Below, one piece after another: positions 47,711 to 57,906 of a DNA stretch of 64,000 bases (position 1 is the first letter of the stretch; each line of letters begins with the position of its first letter). This DNA comes from Candidatus Avispirillum faecium (lineage in GTDB: Bacteria; Bacillota; Clostridia; Oscillospirales; CAG-272). Under the pieces are notes generated by a model. The model was not told where the DNA came from. It did not search any database and saw only the letters and a program-made list of their open reading frames with translations. The DNA lies in the NCBI GenBank assembly GCA_904396155.1, contig CAJFOI010000022.1, forward strand, positions 12,607 through 76,606, given 5' to 3'. The position numbers and the translations under genes were made by a program.

Positions 47711-49231
47711 TCAATTTTTTCCAAAGGCTTCGATTTCTTCTCCATTTAACACGCGCTGCGCGTCGTTTTCCACTTTTTTTACCAGATCGGTCAGCACGTA
47801 AAACTCCCCTACGCCGTTGATGGTCACCAGCGAGTGCCGGGTGGAATAGGAATAAAAACGGTATACCGTTTCCTCCCCGGACAGCGTTGTGGCTGTGAAG
47901 GTCATATATGCATTTTCCGGGTCCGCGGCGAAGGCTTCCATTTCCTCCGGCGTCATGGTGGCATATGTGTCTGCCGCGTAGTAGTCCTGAATGGCAAGGG
48001 CAACCAGGGACTGATAGAACTTGCGAAATTCCGGGATGTAGTCTTCCGCGAGTGTTCGCCCTTCCGTGGTGACGGTGAGAAGGGGTTTGTCCTGCGCATC
48101 TACGTCGTGTTCCAGGTGAAAGTCTGCCTGCACCGTGTCCGTAGAAATGCGTATTTGACGGATGTTGGTGATATTTTCCTGATAGATATACGGATTGATC
48201 CAGTCGATGAGCGAATACTCCAGGTACGTGTGGTTTTCTGCGCTGCAAATACCGATCACATTGGGGTACAGATTGGAGCACACATAGTATGTTCCCTCTT
48301 CCGTACGCGCAGAGAAGGACAGATCAAATTCTTGCCCTTCATATTCAAATGTGATTTCATGGGCGGGCGCATCCAGACCCACTGCCGCAAAATCCGCCGC
48401 TGTCGCGCCCAGCTTGTAGCAGGAATCCGCCTGCAGTTCCAGATAGGCAAAGATAATCTCATAGTACCCATTGGCGTCCGGATTGTACGCCGTGGGATAA
48501 TCCATGATGGTCTCTGCCAGGGCGTCGGGATTGCTTTGGTCCTTTTTGTCCTTCAGGCGGATGCGCAGCAGCATTTCTCCGTCTTTGTATACGGTGAATT
48601 TGTCCACCTCGTAGTAGTTTTCCTGGGAAATACCGGTGGTCAGCACCGGTGTTACATAGTTTTCCACGGGAACCAGGATGGTGTCCGCCACTTCTGTTCC
48701 CAGAACGTATACGCTGCGCCGTCCCTCCAGCATACAGTAGTACCCGCCGCCGGTGAGAAGCCTGTCTCCCACCAGCACAGTAAACTGGTCGCCTCCGGTG
48801 GAAGTGACCGACCACCGGGCGACGGGTGTGTCCAGGCCGTATTCGGCAATTTTTTCATCGGACAGATTGCTGCCTACCTTGACTTTGGACAGGGTGTAGG
48901 CAGATACGTTTACCAGAGAAGCAAAGAGGGTCTCGTCATAGGGGACGGAATCGTACCCCCGAATCACAAATTCGTTTTCTCCCGCCTGGTAAAAGGCAAA
49001 GGTGCCGTATTCGTTTTCCACCTCAATTTGTGCGATGTCGCTGCGTTCCAGGGAGCCGAAAAGGAAAAACCGGTCTCCGTTGCCCAGCGCTTCGCCCTCC
49101 TCTGTCTCGGGGGGATCTTCCTCTGTTTCCTCCGGCGTCTGTGTCATGGGCCGGATGACGAGAAAGTATCCTGCGAGCAGGAGCACAAACAGACAAAGCA
49201 GTGTGACGATCAGTATTTTTTGCCGTTTCAT
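47711..49231 (-). CDS. DUF4340-like membrane-anchored protein
   Basis: N-terminal TM; repeated GLD.P motifs; downstream of the GldG-like gene. Confidence 0.7.
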   Translation of the reverse strand: MKRQKILIVTLLCLFVLLLAGYFLVIRPMTQTPEETEEDPPETEEGEALGNGDRFFLFGSLERSDIAQIEVENEYGTFAFYQAGENEFVIRGYDSVPYDETLFASLVNVSAYTLSKVKVGSNLSDEKIAEYGLDTPVARWSVTSTGGDQFTVLVGDRLLTGGGYYCMLEGRRSVYVLGTEVADTILVPVENYVTPVLTTGISQENYYEVDKFTVYKDGEMLLRIRLKDKKDQSNPDALAETIMDYPTAYNPDANGYYEIIFAYLELQADSCYKLGATAADFAAVGLDAPAHEITFEYEGQEFDLSFSARTEEGTYYVCSNLYPNVIGICSAENHTYLEYSLIDWINPYIYQENITNIRQIRISTDTVQADFHLEHDVDAQDKPLLTVTTEGRTLAEDYIPEFRKFYQSLVALAIQDYYAADTYATMTPEEMEAFAADPENAYMTFTATTLSGEETVYRFYSYSTRHSLVTINGVGEFYVLTDLVKKVENDAQRVLNGEEIEAFGKN

Positions 49232-50733
49232 CCGTTCCGTCTCCTGATATACACCGCCGTTCCCACAATGCCGATGAGCACCGGCAGGGTCACTGTCAGC
49301 GCCACCGTCCACCGATTGGCCTGCGCGGTGGTGATGTCCATGCTGGTGTCGTCCAGCAGCTTCATATCGATGTCCGCGATGATCTGGTCTCTGCCGGTGA
49401 GCCGCATGGTGTTGTACAAAATGTCGCTGTTGGCGTAGGTGTTGGACAGAAGATACGCGGGATCCGTGTAGTCCGCGCTGCCGCTGACCAGCACATAGGA
49501 GTAGTAGTATTCATTGTTTTCCACCCGCCCCTCTCTGGAAACGGTCATCAACGGGAGGCTCCCCGCGGCGGTGACTTCCCCGTTTTGGACAGACTCTGCA
49601 CTGTCGTGGGACAAAAGAACAGGGGACGTCACTTTGGTGCCCTCCAGTGCGGGATCGTTTTCCCACAGGATTGTCAGGGGCATGGCGTTGGGCAAAATCG
49701 TTTTGGGCATCTCGTCCAGTTCAAAAAGATCCAAATACAGGGAAGCGCCCAGCTCTCCCTCTTCAGCATAATCCGCCACCAGGGTCCTGCCGTCTGTGGA
49801 AATGGAATGTTCCGCGTCCTGCACGTAGGTGTCCGGGTTGAAGGCGATGCCCCACTCGGCCAGCAGCTCGCTGAGATTGGTGAGATTGCCCGCATGCTCC
49901 GGGGAGGTAAACACCATCAGACAGCCGTAGTCGTCCAAAAACCGGTCCAGCTTTTCGATTTCGTTGGCCTGCGTGCTGTCCGCTTCGATGCCGGCAAAAT
50001 CGTAGATGGGGTCGTTTATGACGACGATGCGGGCATCCGCGTCAATTTCTTCTTTTGTCAGATCGATGTTTCGCACCTCATAGCCGGCGTCGGTAAAGAG
50101 CTCCACCAGGGCGGAAGCGTCCTCGCCCACCGTCTCTCCGTGCTGGGTCGTCATGTGGACCACAGGTTTTTCGGCGGAATGCATGGAGAGGATCGCGGAC
50201 ACAAACTTCTGCTCTGCCTGCAGCCCTAAGACGTCGGAGTATTGCTCGTCAAACACGAAAAAGGCTTCCAGATTGAACAGGCGAAATTCCGTACCGCATT
50301 CCACCACGACTGAGGTGGTCTTGATATCCTGGGCCGCCGTGGTGTAAAACGCTTTGAAAAAGCCGGGATTTTTTACGATGTCTATGCATTCCACATGGAT
50401 GTTGTCAAATTCCGATTCCAGCTGAAGCGCCAGCTGATATACGTAAAACAGCATGGGACTGGCCTCGCTGATTTTGTCCGGCTCCACGGTGAAGTAGATG
50501 TTTGTCTCCCCTTCCACATCGGCGAGGAGATCCTTGGTGGTGTCGGACAGGGAGTAGATCTGCGACGCCGTCATATCCGCATACCAGGTGAAATGGCTTG
50601 CCAGAGCAAAAAATGCAATGTTGAAAACAATGGCCAGGGCGATTACCAGCGCCGTGATCACGGAGGACATGGCGGTATATCGGTTTCTTCTTTCTCTGTG
50701 CAGGCGCGCCCGCTGCAGCTTTTTGATGTTCAC
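49228..50733 (-). CDS. GldG-like ABC auxiliary protein
   Basis: D.T....YSLS..T, HGE, N- and C-terminal TMs. Confidence 0.8.
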   Translation of the reverse strand: MNIKKLQRARLHRERRNRYTAMSSVITALVIALAIVFNIAFFALASHFTWYADMTASQIYSLSDTTKDLLADVEGETNIYFTVEPDKISEASPMLFYVYQLALQLESEFDNIHVECIDIVKNPGFFKAFYTTAAQDIKTTSVVVECGTEFRLFNLEAFFVFDEQYSDVLGLQAEQKFVSAILSMHSAEKPVVHMTTQHGETVGEDASALVELFTDAGYEVRNIDLTKEEIDADARIVVINDPIYDFAGIEADSTQANEIEKLDRFLDDYGCLMVFTSPEHAGNLTNLSELLAEWGIAFNPDTYVQDAEHSISTDGRTLVADYAEEGELGASLYLDLFELDEMPKTILPNAMPLTILWENDPALEGTKVTSPVLLSHDSAESVQNGEVTAAGSLPLMTVSREGRVENNEYYYSYVLVSGSADYTDPAYLLSNTYANSDILYNTMRLTGRDQIIADIDMKLLDDTSMDITTAQANRWTVALTVTLPVLIGIVGTAVYIRRRNG

Positions 50734-50747
50734 GATGCGCCCTCCCC

Positions 50748-51452
50748 TCATGCAAACCTGCGCTTTTCATATACGCGCTTGGTTAGGAACAGAAAGACGG
50801 CGCACATGGAAAGATAGTACACCGCACTGGAAAAATCGAAGATCCCCATGGTGAAGTTGGAGTACCGGCTGTAGATGGAGATCCAGTTGAGGATCTGGCG
50901 CAGCACGTAGCTGTTGAGAAACCCGTTGAGCATGGCCAGCATCACAAGGCCGCACAAGACGCCGATGGTGGTGATGGCGGCGGTGAACTGGTTTTCCGTA
51001 AGAGAGGACAGAAACATGCCGATGGCGATGAAGCAGATGCCGATGAGGATCATACCTACTGTACATCCCAGTACCCGTCCCCAGTTGGGTTCTGCATACA
51101 TGCCCAGCGTGACAAAGAACAGGGAGGAGACCGCCACGGTTCCCAAAAACAAAGTGAAGGCCGCGAGAAACTTTGCCAGCACCATGCTCCACAGACTCAC
51201 CGGCGCGGTGAGGAGGAGCTGCTCCGTTTTGTTTCGCTTTTCCTCTGCGAAGGACCGCATGGTCAGCAGAGGGATCAGCACGATGTAAGCCAGCATCAGA
51301 AGCTGAAAATACATGGACACGTCCGAGGACTGCTCCTGAAGGGTGGTCAGGCTGAACAAAAATCCGGCAGCGCATAGAAAGATCGCCATAAAGATGTAGC
51401 CGGCCGGCGTTGTGAAATAAGCGTGCATTTCACGCTTGTAGATCGCTAACAT
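50748..51452 (-). CDS. GldF-like ABC-2 permease
   Basis: AIYKRE..AYF, PLLTMR.FAEE....TEQLLLT.P. Confidence 0.88.
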   Translation of the reverse strand: MLAIYKREMHAYFTTPAGYIFMAIFLCAAGFLFSLTTLQEQSSDVSMYFQLLMLAYIVLIPLLTMRSFAEEKRNKTEQLLLTAPVSLWSMVLAKFLAAFTLFLGTVAVSSLFFVTLGMYAEPNWGRVLGCTVGMILIGICFIAIGMFLSSLTENQFTAAITTIGVLCGLVMLAMLNGFLNSYVLRQILNWISIYSRYSNFTMGIFDFSSAVYYLSMCAVFLFLTKRVYEKRRFA

Positions 51453-51487
51453 GCAAATACCATGCCTTTCCAATTCTATTAAAGAGA

Positions 51488-51717
51488 ACAATCCCCCTGT
51501 CAGCTGACGCTGACATCCCCCTTTACACAAGGGGGACTTAGAAATGGGGTCTCGCTGACAATCCCGCGGAGATGCTGCGCATCTCCCCACAAGGGGGACT
51601 TTTTTTAGGCCCTCCCGCAAAGGGAACTTTATTTAAAGCCTCCCACAAGGAAGCTACACTAAACTCAAGCCTCCCCTGTGTAAGGGGAGGTGGCGGCGTA
51701 GCCGCCGGAGGGGTTGT
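51488..51717. repeat. REP/BIME-like cluster D (inside the ABC operon)
   Basis: Same unit family as cluster A. Confidence 0.85.
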
Positions 51718-51749
51718 CTTGTATTCCTTACTACTTTCTTCAAAAATCT

Positions 51750-52715
51750 TCATTTTCTGCGTTTCTTTCCGGTTCCGGACAAATCGCCCGTTTCCGTCAG
51801 TTTTAAGAACACATCCTCCAGAGAATAGCCCTCTTCCTCCATGCCCACAATGGGCCATTCCCGCTGGGCCATGGCAAAAAACACGCCCTTGCGCACATCT
51901 GTGCCGGGAGCAGATTCCACGAAGTAGGAAAAGCTGTCCCGCTCCCGCTCTCCTGTGGCCATGGCGCTGGATACCTGGGGCACTGCCCGCAGCGCCTCCA
52001 GCACTTCTTTTTGAGGTCCGCAGACCCGTACCCGGATCCGGGTATTCTGTTGGACTGCGCGGCTGATGCTGTTTGTTTTTTCATCGCACAGCACCTTTCC
52101 GTTGTCCAGAATCACCACCCGGTCGCACACAGCCTGCACTTCCGACAGAATGTGGGAGGAAAGAATCACCGTGTGTTCCCGACCCAGGGTGCGGATCAAA
52201 TTGCGCACTTCGATGATCTGCTTGGGGTCCAGTCCGACGGTGGGCTCGTCCAGAATGAGCACTTTGGGATTGCCCACCAGCGCTTGGGCGATGCCCAGGC
52301 GCTGCCGGTATCCGGTAGAAAGATTTTTGATGATCCGCCGGCGGGCATCGTACAGACGCGTGACCCGGCAGACTTCCTCCAGGTGAGCGTCCCGGTTGTA
52401 GGTGCACTGCTTCAGTTCGTAGACAAACCGCAGATATTCCTCCACGCGCATGTCTCCGTAGAGGGGCGGCGTCTCCGGCAAAAAGCCGATGCGCTTTTTC
52501 GCCTCCCCGGGATGCTCCAGGATATCTATTCCATCTATACGGACAGTGCCTGCGTTTGCGGAGAGATATCCTGTCATAATGTTCATCGCTGTGGATTTTC
52601 CCGCTCCGTTGGGGCCCAAAAGCCCCAGGATCTCCCGCTCGCCTACGGAAAAACTCACATCGTCCAGAGCAAGATTTGTTCCATAGGATTTTACAAGATG
52701 CTCCACCTCTATCAT
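51750..52715 (-). CDS. GldA-like ABC ATP-binding protein
   Basis: GPNGAGKST, LS.GYRQR, DEPT.GLDP. Confidence 0.92.
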   Translation of the reverse strand: MIEVEHLVKSYGTNLALDDVSFSVGEREILGLLGPNGAGKSTAMNIMTGYLSANAGTVRIDGIDILEHPGEAKKRIGFLPETPPLYGDMRVEEYLRFVYELKQCTYNRDAHLEEVCRVTRLYDARRRIIKNLSTGYRQRLGIAQALVGNPKVLILDEPTVGLDPKQIIEVRNLIRTLGREHTVILSSHILSEVQAVCDRVVILDNGKVLCDEKTNSISRAVQQNTRIRVRVCGPQKEVLEALRAVPQVSSAMATGERERDSFSYFVESAPGTDVRKGVFFAMAQREWPIVGMEEEGYSLEDVFLKLTETGDLSGTGKKRRK

Positions 52716-52800
52716 CGATCCACTACTCCTTGCCGGGGATTTCCCCAGGTTCTGATAAAATATTGTAACATACAGTTTCGGGCAAGCTGTAGATAAACTA

Positions 52801-53661
52801 TTAAATTTTTTCCCTATATTCCCGAATCCGATCTATATAATACGGCAGCGCCGTCTCAAAATCCACTCCGTACCAGCGCCGATCCTCCGCTTGGGTCCAG
52901 GCGGCCGCACAGTGTGCGGTGAAATCCACCGCCAGAGAGAGGGCGTCTTCCAGAGACATGCCTGCGGCCAGCGCGCCCACACAGGCAGAGGCGAATACAT
53001 CTCCTGTTCCATGGAGGGGTTGTCCTGTCTGTATATATTCTCCGAAGTAGGAGAAGACCGTGTCGTCCCGGCTGTCATATTTCAGCACACCCAGCCGGTT
53101 TGCATTCTTGGGGGAAAATACACCGGTGAGTACTGCACTTCTGGCTCCCTCCGCGCACAGGCGGCGAAGCAGATCCAGCAGCTGCTCCCAGGAGTAGTCC
53201 TCCCGATAGGGCATGTCCAGCAGCGCGCACGCTTCCGTCAAATTGGGGACGATCACATCCGCCCGGGCGCACAGCCGCGCCATCTCCCCTGGAAAAGAGG
53301 CATGGAAGCCCGCATACAGCCGGCCGAAATCTCCCATTGCCGGATCTACGAATACCAGCCGTCCGCTTTCGGCGGAACAGTCCAGGTAGCGGATCACGGT
53401 GTCTATCTGTTCCTGAGAGGCCAGATACCCGGTGTACACGCTGTCGAAGGTGAGCCCCTCCGCCTGCCAGGCGGAAAAGATTTTTTCCATGTCCTCGGAC
53501 AGATCCCGCTTGTATACATGGGAAAATGCTGTATGCACAGAGAGCACCGCAGTGGGCAAAACAGCTGCTTCCGCCCCGGCGGCGCTGATGATGGGCAGTG
53601 CCACTCCGAGAGAGCACTTGCCCACACAGGAGATGTCCTGAATGGTTAAAACACGCTTCAT
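52801..53661 (-). CDS. pdxK: Pyridoxal/pyridoxamine kinase
   Basis: QDISCVGKCSL, DPAMGD, PNLTEA, GTGDVF. Confidence 0.88.
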   Translation of the reverse strand: MKRVLTIQDISCVGKCSLGVALPIISAAGAEAAVLPTAVLSVHTAFSHVYKRDLSEDMEKIFSAWQAEGLTFDSVYTGYLASQEQIDTVIRYLDCSAESGRLVFVDPAMGDFGRLYAGFHASFPGEMARLCARADVIVPNLTEACALLDMPYREDYSWEQLLDLLRRLCAEGARSAVLTGVFSPKNANRLGVLKYDSRDDTVFSYFGEYIQTGQPLHGTGDVFASACVGALAAGMSLEDALSLAVDFTAHCAAAWTQAEDRRWYGVDFETALPYYIDRIREYREKI

Positions 53662-53710
53662 GGTATTTTTTGCCTTCCTTATGGGAAATGGAAATATAAT
53701 TTGGGGAAGG

Positions 53711-54147
53711 ACAATCCCCCACCCGCTGCGCGGGAGCCCCCTTTGCACAAGGGAGCCTCTCTACCATTTAAGCCTCCCCTGTGCAAGGGGAGGTGTCAGC
53801 GAAGCTGACGGAGGGGTTGTTGTAACATTAATAAAGCAGACAATCCCCCTGTCGACTACGTCGACATCCCCCTTTACACAAGGGGGACTTATTAATGTAG
53901 GCCTCCCCTGTGTGGGGCTGCATAGCAGACCCAGGGGTGATGCAATATCTTTATAAATGCCTCCCCTGTGCAAGGGGAGGTGGCTTGCCGTAGGCAAGTC
54001 GGAGGGGTTGTAGAACAGGACAATCCCCCACCCGTTACGCGGGAGCCCCCTTTGCACAAAGGGGCCTTTATCTTAAGCCTCCCCTGTGTGGGGCTGCGGA
54101 GCAGACCCGGGGGTGGTGGCTTGCCGCAGGCGAGTCGGAGGGGCTGT
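53711..54147. repeat. REP/BIME-like cluster E (about seven units)
   Basis: Alternating unit types and orientations. Confidence 0.88.
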
Positions 54148-54187
54148 TTACAGCGTCTTTATTTTGACATATCAGCAAAACCAAAAC

Positions 54188-54751
54188 TCACCCAATGATG
54201 TGCAGATGTTCCAGCACGATATGGACCCCGATTAAAATCAAAATTGCCCCGCCGGCGATTTTTGCCCCCCGCAGGAACCGGGCTCCAAGGCAGCTGCCCG
54301 CCAGTACCCCTGCTACGGAGAAGATAAAAGCAACCAGTCCGATGACCAGCGCGGCGGCCCAAATGTTTAAGGTATCCCCTGCCGCCATGGAAAAAGCGAC
54401 GCCCATTGCCAGTGCGTCTATACTGGTGGCCAGTGCGGGCAGCAGCATGTTGCCGTGGGTGGCCTCTGGCTTTTTTTCTTTTTGCAGTGCCTCCCAAATC
54501 ATGTTCCCGCCGATCAGGGAAAGCAGAGCAAGGGCAACCCAGTGGGAGGCGGCCTCGATATACCCTGCGAGCTGTGCTCCGAGAAACCAGCCGCAAAGAG
54601 GCATCAGCGCCTGAAATCCTCCAAACCACAGCCCCGCTGTGCAGGCGCCGCCCAGGGTGATTTTTCCTCCGGCCAGCCCATGGCATACCGCGGCGGCGAA
54701 GGCATCCATGGAGAGGCTGCAGGCGATGAGCAGAAGTTCTCCGATCCCCAT
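54188..54751 (-). CDS. mntP: Manganese efflux pump MntP family
   Basis: SLSMDAFA, FQALMP, ATSIDALA. Confidence 0.88.
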   Translation of the reverse strand: MGIGELLLIACSLSMDAFAAAVCHGLAGGKITLGGACTAGLWFGGFQALMPLCGWFLGAQLAGYIEAASHWVALALLSLIGGNMIWEALQKEKKPEATHGNMLLPALATSIDALAMGVAFSMAAGDTLNIWAAALVIGLVAFIFSVAGVLAGSCLGARFLRGAKIAGGAILILIGVHIVLEHLHIIG

Positions 54752-54822
54752 GCAAATTCCGTTCCTTTCCTATCCTGTATTACAATGTACGAAAGATAGG
54801 GATCGAAATATGCCTGACGCTT

Positions 54823-55548
54823 TTATTTTCTTGCCTCCACCATGTGGATGGGAAGGCCCCGCTTTGTGAAATTTTTTTCGTATTCACTCATGATGTTTTC
54901 CGCTTTGCGTTCGCTGGCGTGAAGATCATGGGTTACAAACGTCACGGTAAAGGGAGAAGCTTCCAGCATCTCCAGTGAATAGGCAAACAGATCGGCGTTG
55001 TCCGTTTTGAAACGGAAGTACCCGCCGGGCTGCAAGAGATACAGGTACCGCTCCAGGAAATCCGGGTGGGTGAGCCGCCGCCGGGCATGGCCCTTTTTGG
55101 GCCAGGGGTCGCTGAAGTTTGCGTATATGGATTCAAAGGTGTCCCGTGCAAAATATTCGGTCAGCCGGCCGGCGTCTCCCGGCAAAAAGCGGACGTTTCC
55201 CCGCGCCTCCAGGGGGATGTCCCAGGGCGTGTCTTTGTATACGACACCCTCCGGGGTTTCCCACCCTCCCTGGGGATGGGGCTTTCCAAGCCCTCTGTCC
55301 CGTGCGTATTTTTCCATGGCGATCACCGCCACGTCGGCACAGCGTTCCAGGGCGATGTAGTTGTAGCTGCTCTCCCGCCGGGAAAGAGCACAGATAAAAT
55401 CCCCTTTGCCGCAGCCGATTTCCAGACGCAGGGGAAGATTTTTTGCAAAGGAAAGCTCTACCGGTCCGCCCTCTGCTGCGGGGGAGGCGGTGATTGCGGA
55501 CAAAACGGAAAGTCTTTGTGCTCCCCGGGGTTTTTTTCGCATTCTCAT
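54823..55548 (-). CDS. trmB: tRNA (guanine-N7)-methyltransferase
   Basis: EIGCGKG, NFSDPWPKK.H.RRRLT, KTD, SEYE. Confidence 0.93.
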   Translation of the reverse strand: MRMRKKPRGAQRLSVLSAITASPAAEGGPVELSFAKNLPLRLEIGCGKGDFICALSRRESSYNYIALERCADVAVIAMEKYARDRGLGKPHPQGGWETPEGVVYKDTPWDIPLEARGNVRFLPGDAGRLTEYFARDTFESIYANFSDPWPKKGHARRRLTHPDFLERYLYLLQPGGYFRFKTDNADLFAYSLEMLEASPFTVTFVTHDLHASERKAENIMSEYEKNFTKRGLPIHMVEARK

Positions 55549-55748
55549 CTTGCATTATATCCCGCTTTTTGTTAAAATAGGTACACTGGCAGATTTTTCT
55601 GCAACGTGCCGTATCATCATATAGAGTATAGCATACAAAATGGAAAAAATCCAGAGACGGGGCGCAATTTCCTCTTGGAGCATACTTGTCCCTCTCGCGG
55701 CATACAAATAAAAGGAAATTGCCGCAGTATTACGGAAAGGGGGCCGCC

Positions 55749-56636
55749 GTGAATATCAGTACCTTCTCCATACAGCTTGCACAGTCCTTGGTGGAACAGG
55801 GCGTGGAGGAACAGACTGCCGCCGCATATGTAAAAACGCTTCTTCGAACACTTACGGAGGAGGATCTGCGGGAGATCAGCGGATATCGGACCAGGGAGGA
55901 TTTCGCATCCCTTTCCCTAAGCATGGCGAAATTGATCCAGGAGCAAAGCACCCCCCTCCCCTCCGCCGGCATGAAAGAACGCGCCGGGGGAGCAGCGCCG
56001 GTTCGTCCTACGGACGTTACAACGCGCCATCCTCTGGGAAAAGAGGATTTGCATCATACAAAAACGGGGATGCAGCCCGTGCGCCCCGGATCGGTGGCAA
56101 AAGTGCAAAAGCACTCTGCCGATATGGAGCACACAAAAATTGGCGCGCCGGTCCCAAGAAGCGGGGAACAGCTTCCGTATGATGAGGAGGCCGGGGACAG
56201 GGGATTGGTCTCTCTTACCCCTCGGGGCAAGGTGCGCTTTTGGAGTTTATTGATCCTCACTCTTCCGCTTTCTCTGAGCTTTTGTACACTGCTGCTTTTG
56301 GTCTTTGCTTTCTGTTTTCTTACCGTGTGCGCGCTGATCGCTGCAAGCATTCTTCTGATCGGCGGCGAGGCGGTGGCGGGGACGGCCTGCTTCCTTGTGG
56401 GCGTCATCTATGGGATCATTCAGATTTGTACTGCTTCCGTGGGGATCGGCATCTATGAGATCGGCCTGGGGATCATATGTGCAGGCGTATTTCTGGCGCT
56501 GGGTGTATTGACCTATCACCTGGCGGTGCGGGGGCTGCCGTATCTTCTCCGGCAGGAAGTGCTGTTTGCCCGGTATTTTCTGCGGCAGGGAAAGCCTGCG
56601 ATCAATCGCTGGAGAGAGGGGTGCAACAGGGAATGA
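55749..56636 (+). CDS. Membrane protein (DUF1700-like)
   Basis: GTG after AAAGGGG; C-terminal hydrophobic helices; paired with the next gene. Confidence 0.6.
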   Translation: MNISTFSIQLAQSLVEQGVEEQTAAAYVKTLLRTLTEEDLREISGYRTREDFASLSLSMAKLIQEQSTPLPSAGMKERAGGAAPVRPTDVTTRHPLGKEDLHHTKTGMQPVRPGSVAKVQKHSADMEHTKIGAPVPRSGEQLPYDEEAGDRGLVSLTPRGKVRFWSLLILTLPLSLSFCTLLLLVFAFCFLTVCALIAASILLIGGEAVAGTACFLVGVIYGIIQICTASVGIGIYEIGLGIICAGVFLALGVLTYHLAVRGLPYLLRQEVLFARYFLRQGKPAINRWREGCNRE

Positions 56637-57589
56637 AAAGAAGATCCAAGCTGATGCTTGTCGTTGCCGCCGTTTTGGTGGGCGTGGGTCTGATCACCTG
56701 CCTGGTAGGCGCCGGCGTCAGCAGCGCCGCGGGAGATCAATTGTTTGCCTCCTCTCTGGAAGACGGCAAAGGCTATCGCTACGATTTTGACGGCAGCAAG
56801 ATCGACAGTATCCGACTGGACGTGGTAGACGCCCAGATTCGGGTGATCGGCGGCGCGGAAGAGTCCTATATAGAAATTCTCCATTTCAACGAAAACTTTT
56901 ACACTTTTTCTCAGAGTAGATCTCTTATTAGCTTTAAGGAATCACCGGACATATCCTCTATTCTCAGGTTTTGGGAAAGCGGATTTACCTTCAAGGGGAT
57001 GCGGTATATTCTGCGACTTTCTCCCAGAGACGAACAGCAGGCTATCAATATTTATTTGACAGACGAGGACTATGTGAAGGGCCTGGAAATTGAAAGTGAG
57101 ACAGGCAATATTTTTATCCAGAATATTCAAACGGATACCGACTACACCTTCACTATGGAAAAGGGAACGGTGCAGATGGAGGATGTCTCCACCGGCTCCG
57201 CTTTGCATATCACCTCTACGGGAACCGATCCCTGTGCCGTCACTTTGAAGAATACTACGGCTAAGATCTTTTCTCTGGATCTGACGGAGGGAGAAGTAGA
57301 GGCACAGGCGCTGTCCGCCGGCACCGGTGAGATCGACATCGCCCACGGCAGCCTCGATTTGGAGTATATCCCCCGGGAGGCGGTGCTTACCATTTCGGCG
57401 AGCACCAAAGGCAAGCTGTCGGTAAACGATGTGGGTTATATCGATACGTTTGCGTACACCAACAAGGAAGAAAACACAGGCACAGACACGGAAGAAGCGC
57501 CCCCGGAGGAGACGCTTACGATTACCGGAAACGATGCGGCCGTCTATTTGTCCGTGGAAAATCTGGTGTTGCAGCCGGATTCAAATTGA
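56633..57589 (+). CDS. DUF4097-like beta-strand repeat protein
   Basis: ATGA overlap; N-terminal TM; repeated G.I.. beta strands. Confidence 0.6.
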   Translation: MKRRSKLMLVVAAVLVGVGLITCLVGAGVSSAAGDQLFASSLEDGKGYRYDFDGSKIDSIRLDVVDAQIRVIGGAEESYIEILHFNENFYTFSQSRSLISFKESPDISSILRFWESGFTFKGMRYILRLSPRDEQQAINIYLTDEDYVKGLEIESETGNIFIQNIQTDTDYTFTMEKGTVQMEDVSTGSALHITSTGTDPCAVTLKNTTAKIFSLDLTEGEVEAQALSAGTGEIDIAHGSLDLEYIPREAVLTISASTKGKLSVNDVGYIDTFAYTNKEENTGTDTEEAPPEETLTITGNDAAVYLSVENLVLQPDSN

Positions 57590-57614
57590 CCGGAAAAAAG
57601 GAGGAGGGGGAAAA

Positions 57615-57899
57615 ATGAAATATACCTATAGGCTGCACGGCGTTTGTGCCTCTCAGGTTTCCTTCGATTTGGAAGCAGATGGAACGATCAGAAACGTACA
57701 GTTTACCGGCGGCTGCAACGGCAATTTGAAGGCTGTGGGAAAGCTTGCGGAAGGCATGGAGGCGGCGCGGGTGGCGCAGATCCTTGCCGGGAATACCTGC
57801 GGGCACAAACAGACATCCTGCGCCGATCAGCTTGCCCGCTGCATCCGTGCGGCCCTGACAGAAAACAATAAAAAAATACAGGAGGACAGCGTAAGCTGA
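57615..57899 (+). CDS. TSCPD-domain (TIGR03905-like) protein
   Basis: GVC, GGCNGN, CG..TSCADQLA. Confidence 0.85.
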   Translation: MKYTYRLHGVCASQVSFDLEADGTIRNVQFTGGCNGNLKAVGKLAEGMEAARVAQILAGNTCGHKQTSCADQLARCIRAALTENNKKIQEDSVS

Positions 57900-57906
57900 A
57901 AAAACC

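Noticed and set aside
53711-54147. Repeat clusters as a CRISPR array
   Set aside because: Units alternate in type and orientation, spacers are short and irregular, there are no cas genes, and the clusters are dispersed between genes.
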